DNA of 64,000 nucleotides. It comes from an uncultured Candidatus Peribacteria bacterium (GTDB taxonomy: Bacteria > Patescibacteriota > Gracilibacteria > UBA1369 > UBA12473). Location of the stretch: positions 14,329 to 78,328 of the forward strand of contig CAZBGQ010000002.1 in the NCBI GenBank assembly GCA_964491515.1, in the 5' to 3' direction. Shown one piece after another: positions 27,386 to 35,878 of the stretch. Position numbers and translations under genes: made by a program. The notes beneath the pieces are model-generated. The model saw nothing but the letters and a program-made list of their open reading frames with translations, was not told the DNA's origin and did no database searches. Positions within the stretch are counted from its first letter, which is position 1; each line of letters opens with the position of its first letter.

Positions 27386-27414
27386 TTGAAAGAAGAGAGA
27401 TTTTGTGCTATAAT
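27386..27414 (+). promoter_or_regulatory. strong promoter (TTGAAA-17-TGcTATAAT)
   Basis: The hexamers and the extended -10 TG were read directly. The -10 ends 27 nt upstream of the ATG at 27442. Confidence 0.55.
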
Positions 27415-27441
27415 GAATGGAAATAACCGAACCAAAAATCC

Positions 27442-27942
27442 ATGCCCTCCCACGAAACCCTTACTTACCCAACTCCAGACGCTCCAAAATCACCTCTAAC
27501 CAGTGAAGGACAAGATCTGCTCCAAGACCCGCATTCAACGCGCCCCACTCAACTGGAAGGATTACTGGCCGATCTAGACGCTCTAAACAGAGGGGAACGA
27601 TCAGACAACGCGCCCCCTCTCATCGCAATTGAAGACACTCCCGACGGAAACCCACTACGCCATCTACTACAGCTACAAGAAGAACTCGGAGAAATCAATC
27701 CAACAGATGAACTCGAGACACTTGAGCTAGCCATGCAACTCGAAAATGCCGGTGCCTCCGAAGAAGAAGCCGACACACTCACACATCACAGGAACAGCCT
27801 ACCGATCCTGGACTACCTGACCCCACAGATGGAAAGACCAGAGGCCCTTGAATGGCTTTTAGATGAATTCCGACACGATCCAACCTTATCAGTATCACGA
27901 AACCTAAAAACCAAAGCACCTGACTGGAAACTAGCATCTTAA
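27442..27942 (+). CDS. hypothetical acidic protein
   Basis: 166-aa ORF behind a good promoter. No recognisable domain. Confidence 0.4.
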   Translation: MPSHETLTYPTPDAPKSPLTSEGQDLLQDPHSTRPTQLEGLLADLDALNRGERSDNAPPLIAIEDTPDGNPLRHLLQLQEELGEINPTDELETLELAMQLENAGASEEEADTLTHHRNSLPILDYLTPQMERPEALEWLLDEFRHDPTLSVSRNLKTKAPDWKLAS

Positions 27943-29987
27943 TACGGAACTTCGTACACCTTAGTTTTACCTAATACATACAAACGACTGGCTTCCTTAT
28001 CTACGTGAATATCACGAAGCTCTTCAGCATTTTCCAACACAAACTGAGAAGCATAAACCAAGTCACCCGTACGAGAATCCTTATTATAAATAAGCACACG
28101 ACTTTCCGCAGGATCTAGCACGAACGTCTGAAACATCTCAAACTCAGTATTCAACACCGTAGCTCCCGACAAATCACTTCCCGGTGCCTTACGAACATCG
28201 AAATTCTCTTCAACTTCTCCACTCAACAATTTAATCAACGACCCATCCTGATTAAGAACATAAATTGAACCATCAATCGAAAACGACACCGCATCCTTCA
28301 ATATTTCAGTATCTGCAATATACGCATCTGCACCACTAAATCCATTTCGCTGTTGATAATAACGCCAAATTTGACCAGAAGACGGATCCAATAAATAAAT
28401 TCGATTGTTAAAAATCTCTATATCCACCCCGTTACGCCACGCAGAATCTGACGTATCCACAAAAGCAAACTGACCATCGACATACTCGATCACTCGATTA
28501 GCTTTCGTTAAAAAGAACAACGACTCTCGATCATCAAAATAAGCAGCATCAATCACCACTTCATTTGAATCAATAGTCACCGGAGTCTGAATTTGATCTA
28601 AAATAATCTCATACAGTTTGTCATGCTCAAACACATACACATTGTCCTCCATAGCAGTAATTCCCAATGCATTCATTTCAGGGTTCACCATTGCAAAATC
28701 CACAAAAACTTCAGGATCAATAATACGACGAACACTATCTAGGCGATCTCTTTGAACTTCAATTTCTGAAAGATATTCACTCGCCTTTCCCCTTAAATAA
28801 CCAGAGTTAAGAACTTCAAGAGACAGCTCCTCAGCTTCAATCAACAAAGTAAGCGCCGTGTCTTTATCATACGCACCTGTCGTCCTAGAGGTATTAATGT
28901 TGAGCTCTGCTGTAGCCAATTTTGATTCCAATCCCTCCACAAAATGCTGCTTCTGACCCTGATTCCGAACCAGATAAATACCACCGATCAAAAGCACCAC
29001 CACCGCCGTCAATATCATCAAAATCCGATCTCTCTTCAGGTCTTTCCATTCCTGTATAAGCTGAGAAAATTCAGAAGGTCCCTTCATTGACCCTTTAACT
29101 TCTGCACGAACAGATTCACGATGCGTGTCCAGATTTTCCTCAAATTCAGTTCCTTCTTCAACCTCAGAACCCCCTGAATCTGTTGACTCCCCCTTACGGG
29201 TAGGAACCAACGCACCTAATTTCAACTTAAGAGACGTTCCCCACTCTTTAACCCGAGCCGCACGATTTCCGACAGGAACATTCGCTTGATCTGAGGAATC
29301 CCCATCAATAACCGTCACCTCGCGCTCTCCAACCTGAACACTGGACAAACTCATATGATCCATCAAATCCACTGACACCGCGTCATCAATAGCTTCCATA
29401 GCCATAGGCAAAGCAGCTCCACCAGAAAATAAACGGCCCAAGTCAGGCTTAGTGATATAGCGAAGCAATCGAGTCGAACAAAAAACAACATAATCACCAG
29501 CCGCTAATTCACCATTGGCAATATTCTGAAACAACTCGTGCTTATTTTTAGGATCAGACAAACCGTCACTCACCGAACTCACATAACGACGACGAATCAG
29601 ATAAGCTTCCGCATCACCGCGTTGAGACAAATACAAAACATCTCCGGAGATAACCGCAGCCACCACATGAACATGAGGAACAATCGACTCACCCAATGCC
29701 TCCTCTTGATCATTGACCTCCTTATTTATTTCTTTAAGCATATCTTCAAAACGATCACCCTCATCACGTGATAAATCATGAAAAAAGTAATTTTTCATCA
29801 CATCAAAAATCGCTTGTCCTACTTTCGGCCCCGGAATTTCCTCCGAGTCCACATAAATATTTAAAACCAACTGAGATTTATGACCTCCTAACCCATCATC
29901 CCATTCATAAAAATAGTTCTTCGAGAACCCAGTAGATGGCTTGCCGATGAGTAAAAACTCATGATCAATACGAAACGTCATAATCAA
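27939..29987 (-). CDS. membrane protein: PP2C-like N-terminal domain, one TM segment, repeat-rich (beta-propeller-like) C-terminal domain
   Basis: VHVVAAVISGDVLYLSQRGDAEAYLIRRR resembles the PP2C GDSRxY block. TM segment ILMILTAVVVLLIGGIYLV. The C-terminus has recurring IY(L/V)L(D/N)..G.(I/L) blades. Confidence 0.55.
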   Translation of the reverse strand: MIMTFRIDHEFLLIGKPSTGFSKNYFYEWDDGLGGHKSQLVLNIYVDSEEIPGPKVGQAIFDVMKNYFFHDLSRDEGDRFEDMLKEINKEVNDQEEALGESIVPHVHVVAAVISGDVLYLSQRGDAEAYLIRRRYVSSVSDGLSDPKNKHELFQNIANGELAAGDYVVFCSTRLLRYITKPDLGRLFSGGAALPMAMEAIDDAVSVDLMDHMSLSSVQVGEREVTVIDGDSSDQANVPVGNRAARVKEWGTSLKLKLGALVPTRKGESTDSGGSEVEEGTEFEENLDTHRESVRAEVKGSMKGPSEFSQLIQEWKDLKRDRILMILTAVVVLLIGGIYLVRNQGQKQHFVEGLESKLATAELNINTSRTTGAYDKDTALTLLIEAEELSLEVLNSGYLRGKASEYLSEIEVQRDRLDSVRRIIDPEVFVDFAMVNPEMNALGITAMEDNVYVFEHDKLYEIILDQIQTPVTIDSNEVVIDAAYFDDRESLFFLTKANRVIEYVDGQFAFVDTSDSAWRNGVDIEIFNNRIYLLDPSSGQIWRYYQQRNGFSGADAYIADTEILKDAVSFSIDGSIYVLNQDGSLIKLLSGEVEENFDVRKAPGSDLSGATVLNTEFEMFQTFVLDPAESRVLIYNKDSRTGDLVYASQFVLENAEELRDIHVDKEASRLYVLGKTKVYEVPY

Positions 29988-30050
29988 GCATTAAAGTACG
30001 GCAAAGATACTAGAAAACCGTCACCAGATAAAGAGAAAGTTGAAAAAACG

Positions 30051-30079
30051 TTGACTTTTACTCCTCAACCTTATAATAT
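30051..30079 (+). promoter_or_regulatory. promoter of the rpmH operon (TTGACT-17-TAATAT)
   Basis: The hexamers were read directly. A 5-bp hairpin CCGAA-GGCT-TTCGG (30080-30093) lies in the predicted leader. Confidence 0.5.
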
Positions 30080-30109
30080 CCGAAGGCTTTCGGCTCTTAA
30101 CTTAATGTC

Positions 30110-30238
30110 ATGCTTCGAAAACTCAGCCAACGAAAACGCTCCCGTACTCATGGCTTCCTATCTAGGATGGCCAGCAAGAACGGACGTCGTGTTCTCAGAA
30201 AACGCCGAAATAAAGGCCGACATCGCTTAGCGGTGTAA
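30110..30238 (+). CDS. rpmH: 50S ribosomal protein L34 (below the ORF-track size cut-off)
   Basis: Hand translation gives [42 protein letters not shown], which is the L34 signature. It lies immediately upstream of rnpA as in most bacteria. Confidence 0.88.
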   Translation: MLRKLSQRKRSRTHGFLSRMASKNGRRVLRKRRNKGRHRLAV

Positions 30239-30258
30239 GTTGCCCTGACAACTCCCCC

Positions 30259-30597
30259 ATGCTTCCACGACAACTCCGTCTCACTAAAAAAGACGCACTT
30301 TCCGGAATCCTGAGAACAGGAGGGACCGCTACAAGTCGAAGCATCGTGGCACGCTTTCGCAAAAACGATCGTCAAAATCCACGCTTCAGCGTAATAGTCA
30401 GCAAAAAAATAGAAAAAAACGCAACCGACCGCAACCGTCTTCGACGCCAACTGTACGAGATCATTCGACTCCATCAGGACAAATTTACAGCCACTCCTTA
30501 TTTTGACATTCTCATTCTGCCAAAAAAGGCTATGATAGGAGCAACCTATCAAGAAATCGAACAAGATTTCCTTAAAATCCTTCCCCACATTCAATGA
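30259..30597 (+). CDS. rnpA: ribonuclease P protein component
   Basis: Basic 112-aa protein with RFSVIVSKKIEKNATDRNRLRRQLYE (RNR motif). Its TGA overlaps the yidC ATG (ATGA). Confidence 0.85.
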   Translation: MLPRQLRLTKKDALSGILRTGGTATSRSIVARFRKNDRQNPRFSVIVSKKIEKNATDRNRLRRQLYEIIRLHQDKFTATPYFDILILPKKAMIGATYQEIEQDFLKILPHIQ

Positions 30598-31856
30598 AAA
30601 ATACTAAACTCATCCTCTGGCTTTTGATCGCGTTAGTAGCATTTAATTTTATGCAAAAAAGCGATCCATCTGAAGATAATGTCTTCTTAAGCCAATCAGA
30701 TATTGGCATCTCCACAAAAAAAACTGACTACCACCGAGGAAAAGAAATCATTCTCACCATTCAGAACAACACAGAAACAGAGGTAGAGATCCCCATCGAA
30801 TGCAACGAAGAACCATTGAATGTAATGAACTACTATAATGGTGAATGGGTTCAAAAAACATTCCAGGAAGAAAAAGGAGAATGCACAAACACGACTCAAA
30901 CCATCGCTGCAGGAGAATCAACAACACTGAGCTACAAAAACTGGGTATACCGAGTCTTCGGAGACGTTGGACGCTATCGCGTTGAAATGGACATGAACGA
31001 TGCCACCTACATCTCCAATGAATTCACCATTGAACCACGAAAAACCATTGGACGTTTATGGATGGATGGAATTTATCGGCCCATCCTCAATGGACTTATC
31101 TATTTAATCAAAGTAGTTCCAGGGCACAGCCTTGGACTTGCCATTGTTTTCCTCACACTATTCATTCGCACACTGCTATTGATCCCCTCTCAACGTGCCA
31201 TGAAGTCTCAGAAAAAGATGCAAGAGGTTCAAGCAAAAATTGATGATCTTAAAAAGAAACACAAAGACAATCAGGAAAAGATTGCCCTTGAAACAGTCGC
31301 TCTTTGGAAAGAACACAAGGTCAATCCATTTGGAAGTTGCATCCTGATGCTCATCCAATTCCCTATCCTTATTGGGCTCTACTACGTAATTCGAGAAGGA
31401 CTTCACCCGGATAAAATAGAGCTACTCTATCCCAGCGTAATAGATGGATTCTCATTCTCTCTAATGGAAACTCAATTCCTTGGAATGGAGCTTCTCAATA
31501 TCAATTTCATCGTACTTCCACTCCTTGTGGGAGGACTTCAATTCATCCAAATGCAACTAGCATTTGCGCGTGCTCAAAAGAAAAAGAAAAACACACCTTC
31601 TAACAAACCTACCAAAAAGAAATCCGATAAAGCTCCAGACATGCAGGACCAAATGAAAATGGCCAACAACATGATGAAATACTTCATGCCAGCAATGATT
31701 GCCTTCTTCACGGCCAGCCTACCAGCCGGTGTCGGTCTCTACTGGGGAACGTCCACAACTTATGGTATTTTGCAGCAACTTGTGGTAAACAGACAAACGC
31801 AAAGTGACAACAAGGCCTCGAAGCCAACCGTGCGTGTCATTGAAAAAAAAGATTAG
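30594..31856 (+). CDS. yidC: membrane protein insertase YidC
   Basis: LGLAIVFLTLFIRTLLLIPS..KSQKKMQ...KEHKVNPFGSC core and a C-terminal basic tail. Confidence 0.9.
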   Translation: MKNTKLILWLLIALVAFNFMQKSDPSEDNVFLSQSDIGISTKKTDYHRGKEIILTIQNNTETEVEIPIECNEEPLNVMNYYNGEWVQKTFQEEKGECTNTTQTIAAGESTTLSYKNWVYRVFGDVGRYRVEMDMNDATYISNEFTIEPRKTIGRLWMDGIYRPILNGLIYLIKVVPGHSLGLAIVFLTLFIRTLLLIPSQRAMKSQKKMQEVQAKIDDLKKKHKDNQEKIALETVALWKEHKVNPFGSCILMLIQFPILIGLYYVIREGLHPDKIELLYPSVIDGFSFSLMETQFLGMELLNINFIVLPLLVGGLQFIQMQLAFARAQKKKKNTPSNKPTKKKSDKAPDMQDQMKMANNMMKYFMPAMIAFFTASLPAGVGLYWGTSTTYGILQQLVVNRQTQSDNKASKPTVRVIEKKD

Positions 31857-31930
31857 ACAATATGTAACGACGCGGCACGAATAACCGCACCAGAACTTTC
31901 TATCATCACTATCTTTTAATCCTACTTCAA

Positions 31931-32383
31931 ATGGAAGAAATCATTGAAGAAACCCTTCGCCCCATTCTAGAACTCATGTACATCAACTTCAAAGGAGTGC
32001 ATGTAGAATCACTAGAAGACAACCACTATCGTGTAAACATCGACACCGACGAACCACAACTCCTCATAGGTTATCATGGAAGTAACCTACTATCGCTTCA
32101 GCACCTCCTTAAAATTCTTCTCTACAAAAAAGCAGAACAAGATTTTTCTGTATCCCTTGATGTAGACAATTACCGGAAACGACAAGAAGAAAACGTACTT
32201 CAGATGGCTGAACAAAAAGTTGATCAAGTCCGCAAAGCCAAGGGAATCCAAAAACTCCCCCCCATGTCTCCTTACTTTCGACGACTCATTCATCTTCATT
32301 TAGCACAACCGGAATTTGAAGACGTCAAAACAGAAAGTGAAGGACAAGGAAACTATCGAGCAATCGTGATTTCTCAAACATGA
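31931..32383 (+). CDS. jag: Jag/KhpB-type RNA-binding protein (KH + R3H)
   Basis: KH-like LLIGYHGSNLLSLQHLLK and R3H-like PMSPYFRRLIHLHLA. It sits in the conserved position after yidC. Confidence 0.75.
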   Translation: MEEIIEETLRPILELMYINFKGVHVESLEDNHYRVNIDTDEPQLLIGYHGSNLLSLQHLLKILLYKKAEQDFSVSLDVDNYRKRQEENVLQMAEQKVDQVRKAKGIQKLPPMSPYFRRLIHLHLAQPEFEDVKTESEGQGNYRAIVISQT

Positions 32384-33366
32384 TCTCCTTTTCTTTCTCT
32401 TTTCAAACTCTAAAGGCCTCCCTTCTAATTTCACTAGGAATACTCATTAGTATTCCGTTGGTTGGAGCAACCGCAAATGATCAAACATTTGCAGACGTAA
32501 GCGAAAACCACCGCTACTTTCGTAGCATTCAGCAACTTTCAGCTGATGACGTAATCCAAGGATTCCCCATTGGAACTTTTCTGCCAGAACGAAGCGTCAA
32601 TCGAGTTGAAGCACTCAAAATTATCCTTGAAAGTTTCCCCCTAAACGAAGAAATCCCCCCATCAAACGATGAGCCACTCACACTGACAGATTTCAGCGAT
32701 ACAACAAAAGATGCGTGGTACAGCCCCTACATAACAACCGCATTAGAACATGGAATCATTCGCGGTTATGACGATCGAACCTTTCGGCCGAGCAACACAC
32801 TCAATCGAGCCGAAGCCATAAAAATGATCATCGAAGCAGTCGACACCAACGATGAAATCAAAACAATAGAGGTAGAAATTGATCCAGCATTAGACACTCC
32901 CCGGGGCAGCTGGTTTGCTCCTCATTTCCAATACGGACTCAACCAATCCATGCTCTACTTAGATGCATACGAGAATTTGAATCCCGACGCAATTGTTAGC
33001 CGAGGAGAACTCACCGATCTAATCTATCGCCTCAAATATCCAGGCATCTACACTGGAGTTGTTTACCACGGAAATATGACGTACTACGCCAATAAGTTCA
33101 ACGGACGAAACACCGCCTCAGGCGAAGTTTTTGACCAAAGCAAACTCACGGCCGCACACCGCACACTCCCATTCGGAACCCAGCTACGAGTGAGCAATCG
33201 TTGGACCGGAGACAGCGTTGAAGTAACCGTCAACGATCGCGGTCCCTACAACGACCACGCCATCATTGACCTCTCAAGTTCGGCATTCGAATCCATTGCT
33301 CGACTCAGCTCCGGAATCGTAGCCGTAGAAATAGAAATCATTTACAAGGAAGACGAAACATCTTAA
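32380..33366 (+). CDS. SLH-domain protein with C-terminal RlpA-like double-psi beta-barrel (lytic transglycosylase-like)
   Basis: Two or three SLH units (FADVSENHRYFRSI...IQGFP..TFLPERSVNRVEALKII; FSDTTKDAWYSPYI...IIRGYDDRTFRPSNTLNRAEAIKMI), then YYANKFNGRNTASGEVFD...AAHRTLPFGT.LRV....G.SVEVTVNDRGPY. Confidence 0.75.
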   Translation: MISFSFSFQTLKASLLISLGILISIPLVGATANDQTFADVSENHRYFRSIQQLSADDVIQGFPIGTFLPERSVNRVEALKIILESFPLNEEIPPSNDEPLTLTDFSDTTKDAWYSPYITTALEHGIIRGYDDRTFRPSNTLNRAEAIKMIIEAVDTNDEIKTIEVEIDPALDTPRGSWFAPHFQYGLNQSMLYLDAYENLNPDAIVSRGELTDLIYRLKYPGIYTGVVYHGNMTYYANKFNGRNTASGEVFDQSKLTAAHRTLPFGTQLRVSNRWTGDSVEVTVNDRGPYNDHAIIDLSSSAFESIARLSSGIVAVEIEIIYKEDETS

Positions 33367-33380
33367 ATTAGTAATTACTC

Positions 33381-33761
33381 ATGAAGGACCCTTACTACAG
33401 TCGACGGCTTAAAAAATCCAAAACCATACGCAAAAAACAGCCGCGTATTCGTCCTCTTTCAGAAGAAATCCAATCCGCATGCCGCCTACTTCTATGGACA
33501 ATCGGAAGCCTTCTATTTGTACTCATGGTTACCTTTCTATACATCAACAGTCTTCAATCAGCTAAAGGCTACTACCTCAAACAGCTTCAGCTCGACCATG
33601 AAACACTCCTCATTGAAAACCGTGAACTTCAAGGAGACCTCAACCAAGCTCAATCAATCAACGAACTCGACGATCAAGAAAAAATTCGAGATATGACCGA
33701 CCCCACCGAAAAAGATTTTAGTTACGTCGGGCCAGGTGGAGCATTCGCCACCACACGCTAA
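33381..33761 (+). CDS. FtsL-like single-pass membrane protein (tentative)
   Basis: Basic N-terminus, one TM segment, then a coiled-coil LQLDHETLLIENRELQGDL. The assignment is by architecture only. Confidence 0.4.
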   Translation: MKDPYYSRRLKKSKTIRKKQPRIRPLSEEIQSACRLLLWTIGSLLFVLMVTFLYINSLQSAKGYYLKQLQLDHETLLIENRELQGDLNQAQSINELDDQEKIRDMTDPTEKDFSYVGPGGAFATTR

Positions 33762-34351
33762 CCGGCCAGAAGCTTAAGGATCCCATCCTTTACAAATTCC
33801 ACAGCCAACGCAGTAAACACAATTCCCATAAGCCGAGAAATCACCTGGGTTCCTTGATGACCTAAAATCTTATAAATACGCGACGCATTACGGAAAACAA
33901 TCCACATCAAAAATAAATTGGCAAACGAAGCCAATAACACCACACCGTATCCATAACTTCCCACCAAAATAATTAGCGTCGTAATCGTACCCGGCCCAAC
34001 AATCAACGGCGTTGCCATAGGAACCGCAGAAAATTCATACTTATCTATATGATCTTTTTCTGTAGAAGAAAAGCGCATTCCCAAAATAATTTTTACTCCT
34101 AAAATAAATAAGATTAATCCACCAGCAACCTGAAAACTTCCAAGGGTAATCCCAAAATATTCAAGCACACTCAACCCAGCAAAAATAAACACAAGCATAA
34201 GACATGTCGCCACAAAAATCGTTCGATCGGCCGCCTTAACACGCTGATTTTTAGGCATCTTTTCCGACAACAACAAAAACATTGGCAATACACCAATCGC
34301 ATCCATAATAACCATGAGTTTAAAAAAGGCGGAAGCAAATTCTTCAAACAT
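33758..34351 (-). CDS. MarC-family (UPF0056) integral membrane protein
   Basis: FFKLMVIMDAIGVLPMFLLL...QVAGGLILFILGVKIILG pattern with six hydrophobic segments. Confidence 0.7.
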   Translation of the reverse strand: MFEEFASAFFKLMVIMDAIGVLPMFLLLSEKMPKNQRVKAADRTIFVATCLMLVFIFAGLSVLEYFGITLGSFQVAGGLILFILGVKIILGMRFSSTEKDHIDKYEFSAVPMATPLIVGPGTITTLIILVGSYGYGVVLLASFANLFLMWIVFRNASRIYKILGHQGTQVISRLMGIVFTALAVEFVKDGILKLLAG

Positions 34352-34392
34352 AAGGTAAAATAAGGAGGATTATTAATATAATTATACCACAA

Positions 34393-35049
34393 ATGAGCGA
34401 AAAAGGAAAGGCGGCCAGTGTGATACGAATTCTAAACAACGAATTCCCAGACCCCCAACCTCCGCTAAATTTCGCAAGCCCATTCGAAGCGCTTGTCGCC
34501 GTTATTCTGTCTGCACAATGCACCGATGAACGTGTAAACAAAGTCACTCCAAACCTATTCGCCGCCGCACACACACCCAAAGAAATGATCTCACTCGGTC
34601 CCAAAAAATTACGAGAACTCATTCATTCCTGCGGATACTACAATCAAAAAGCCAAAGCCATCCTCGCCTTTTCTCAAGAAATTCTCGACCGGCATAACGG
34701 TGACGTACCCAACACACTAGAAGAACTCAACGCACTTTCCGGCGTTGGCCGCAAGACAGCCAGCGTAGTAGTGTCTCAAACATTTGGAGTCCCCTCTTTC
34801 CCCGTAGACACCCACGTCTTTCGCGTGGCCAACCGCCTCGGTCTTGTTCAAGAAACAAACAGAGACAAAACAGACCTAGCCCTTCGCAAAAAAATCCCAC
34901 GTGATCACTGGATTTCACTTCATCTACAATTCATATTCCACGGAAGAAAAACCTGCAAATCTCAAAAACCACAATGCTGGGAATGTCCACTCAAAGAAAT
35001 ATGCGAATACAAAGGAAAAACCACTAAACCTGCCTCTTACCTCCGCTAA
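34393..35049 (+). CDS. nth: endonuclease III
   Basis: ILSAQCTDERVN, HhH-GPD LSGVGRKTASVV, PVDTHVFRV and the FeS cluster loop CKSQKPQCWECPLKEIC. Confidence 0.92.
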   Translation: MSEKGKAASVIRILNNEFPDPQPPLNFASPFEALVAVILSAQCTDERVNKVTPNLFAAAHTPKEMISLGPKKLRELIHSCGYYNQKAKAILAFSQEILDRHNGDVPNTLEELNALSGVGRKTASVVVSQTFGVPSFPVDTHVFRVANRLGLVQETNRDKTDLALRKKIPRDHWISLHLQFIFHGRKTCKSQKPQCWECPLKEICEYKGKTTKPASYLR

Positions 35050-35788
35050 ATAACAACTCAAACACCGCCACCAAGGTATTGTGAATAGCCTCATTTTCGA
35101 TAATCACTCCAGTAAAATCACCCTCTCTAAAAGAGATAAAAGCCACACGATCTTTTCCGTACAACGCAATTTCCGTCTCAAAAGGAAATTGTCCCGGCTG
35201 TACAAACACCGTCGTACGATTGTATTTAGAATCACGAGCCGCATACCGACGTGCCCATTTAGAATCTGGCATCACAATGTGTGATTCCACATCCCCCTTA
35301 ATAAGGGCCTTCATATAATCTCGTGACAAATAATCCTTAAGCTCTTTCGGGATGGTATCCACCGTCAAAAAAGCCCGAATCATATTCCCCTGACTCAGGG
35401 TATCGTCATACACCGTCTTAATGCCCTCAATCCCCTCATAAAAACGAACCTTAGGCAACGCGCTCACATCACGCAAATAATCAGAAAATTCAGGGAGATT
35501 CTTTTCAATAGCCTGCTTCCGGTGAATCCACGCTTGCTCCTGCCGTTCCGCATACTTAATAAGCGCCTCCGGTCGCTCAACGGTAAAATATTGAATATTA
35601 TTCCGCGTCACTGCATTAGCCACTCCTCTTTCAATTAGTTTCTTGCAAATAACATAGGCAGTCACTCGATTCATTTTTAAATGCTTCGCCAAGACACTCG
35701 CCGGCTGCATACCCAATCGAAGTGCGGCTAAATAGACCTTTACCTCCTTGTCTGAAAACCCTAGCTCCGTTAATAATTTTTCAACCAT
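35024..35788 (-). CDS. TrmB-family transcriptional regulator (start moved to Met at 35788)
   Basis: MVEKLLTELGFSDKEVKVYLAALRLGMQPASVLAKHLKMNRVTAYVICKKLIERGV is collinear with the regulator at 26611. The track's 24 extra N-terminal codons would leave no promoter space. Confidence 0.65.
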   Translation of the reverse strand: MVEKLLTELGFSDKEVKVYLAALRLGMQPASVLAKHLKMNRVTAYVICKKLIERGVANAVTRNNIQYFTVERPEALIKYAERQEQAWIHRKQAIEKNLPEFSDYLRDVSALPKVRFYEGIEGIKTVYDDTLSQGNMIRAFLTVDTIPKELKDYLSRDYMKALIKGDVESHIVMPDSKWARRYAARDSKYNRTTVFVQPGQFPFETEIALYGKDRVAFISFREGDFTGVIIENEAIHNTLVAVFELLFSGGKRQV

Positions 35789-35843
35789 AAGTGTTAAACT
35801 TAAATTACAAACACTAAAACACCTCCATAATAATGAAAAAGAA

Positions 35844-35872
35844 TTGGATTTACAACCCAAGCCCCCTATACT
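35844..35872 (+). promoter_or_regulatory. promoter TTGGAT-17-TATACT, 6 nt before the ATG (leaderless candidate)
   Basis: The hexamers were read directly. The -10 ends at 35872 and the ATG is at 35879. Confidence 0.5.
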
Positions 35873-35878
35873 GCGCTC

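Noticed and set aside
29988-30109. Possible oriC upstream of rpmH.
   Set aside because: There is no dnaA gene, no TTATCCACA-type boxes visible and no change of composition polarity across the locus. The region is adequately explained by the rpmH promoter and leader.
30594-30597. Possible alternative genetic code (UGA recoding, as in some CPR lineages).
   Set aside because: TGA terminates rnpA, jag, the first methyltransferase and the LCP gene at tight ATGA/TGATG overlaps. All conserved proteins are full-length under the standard code.
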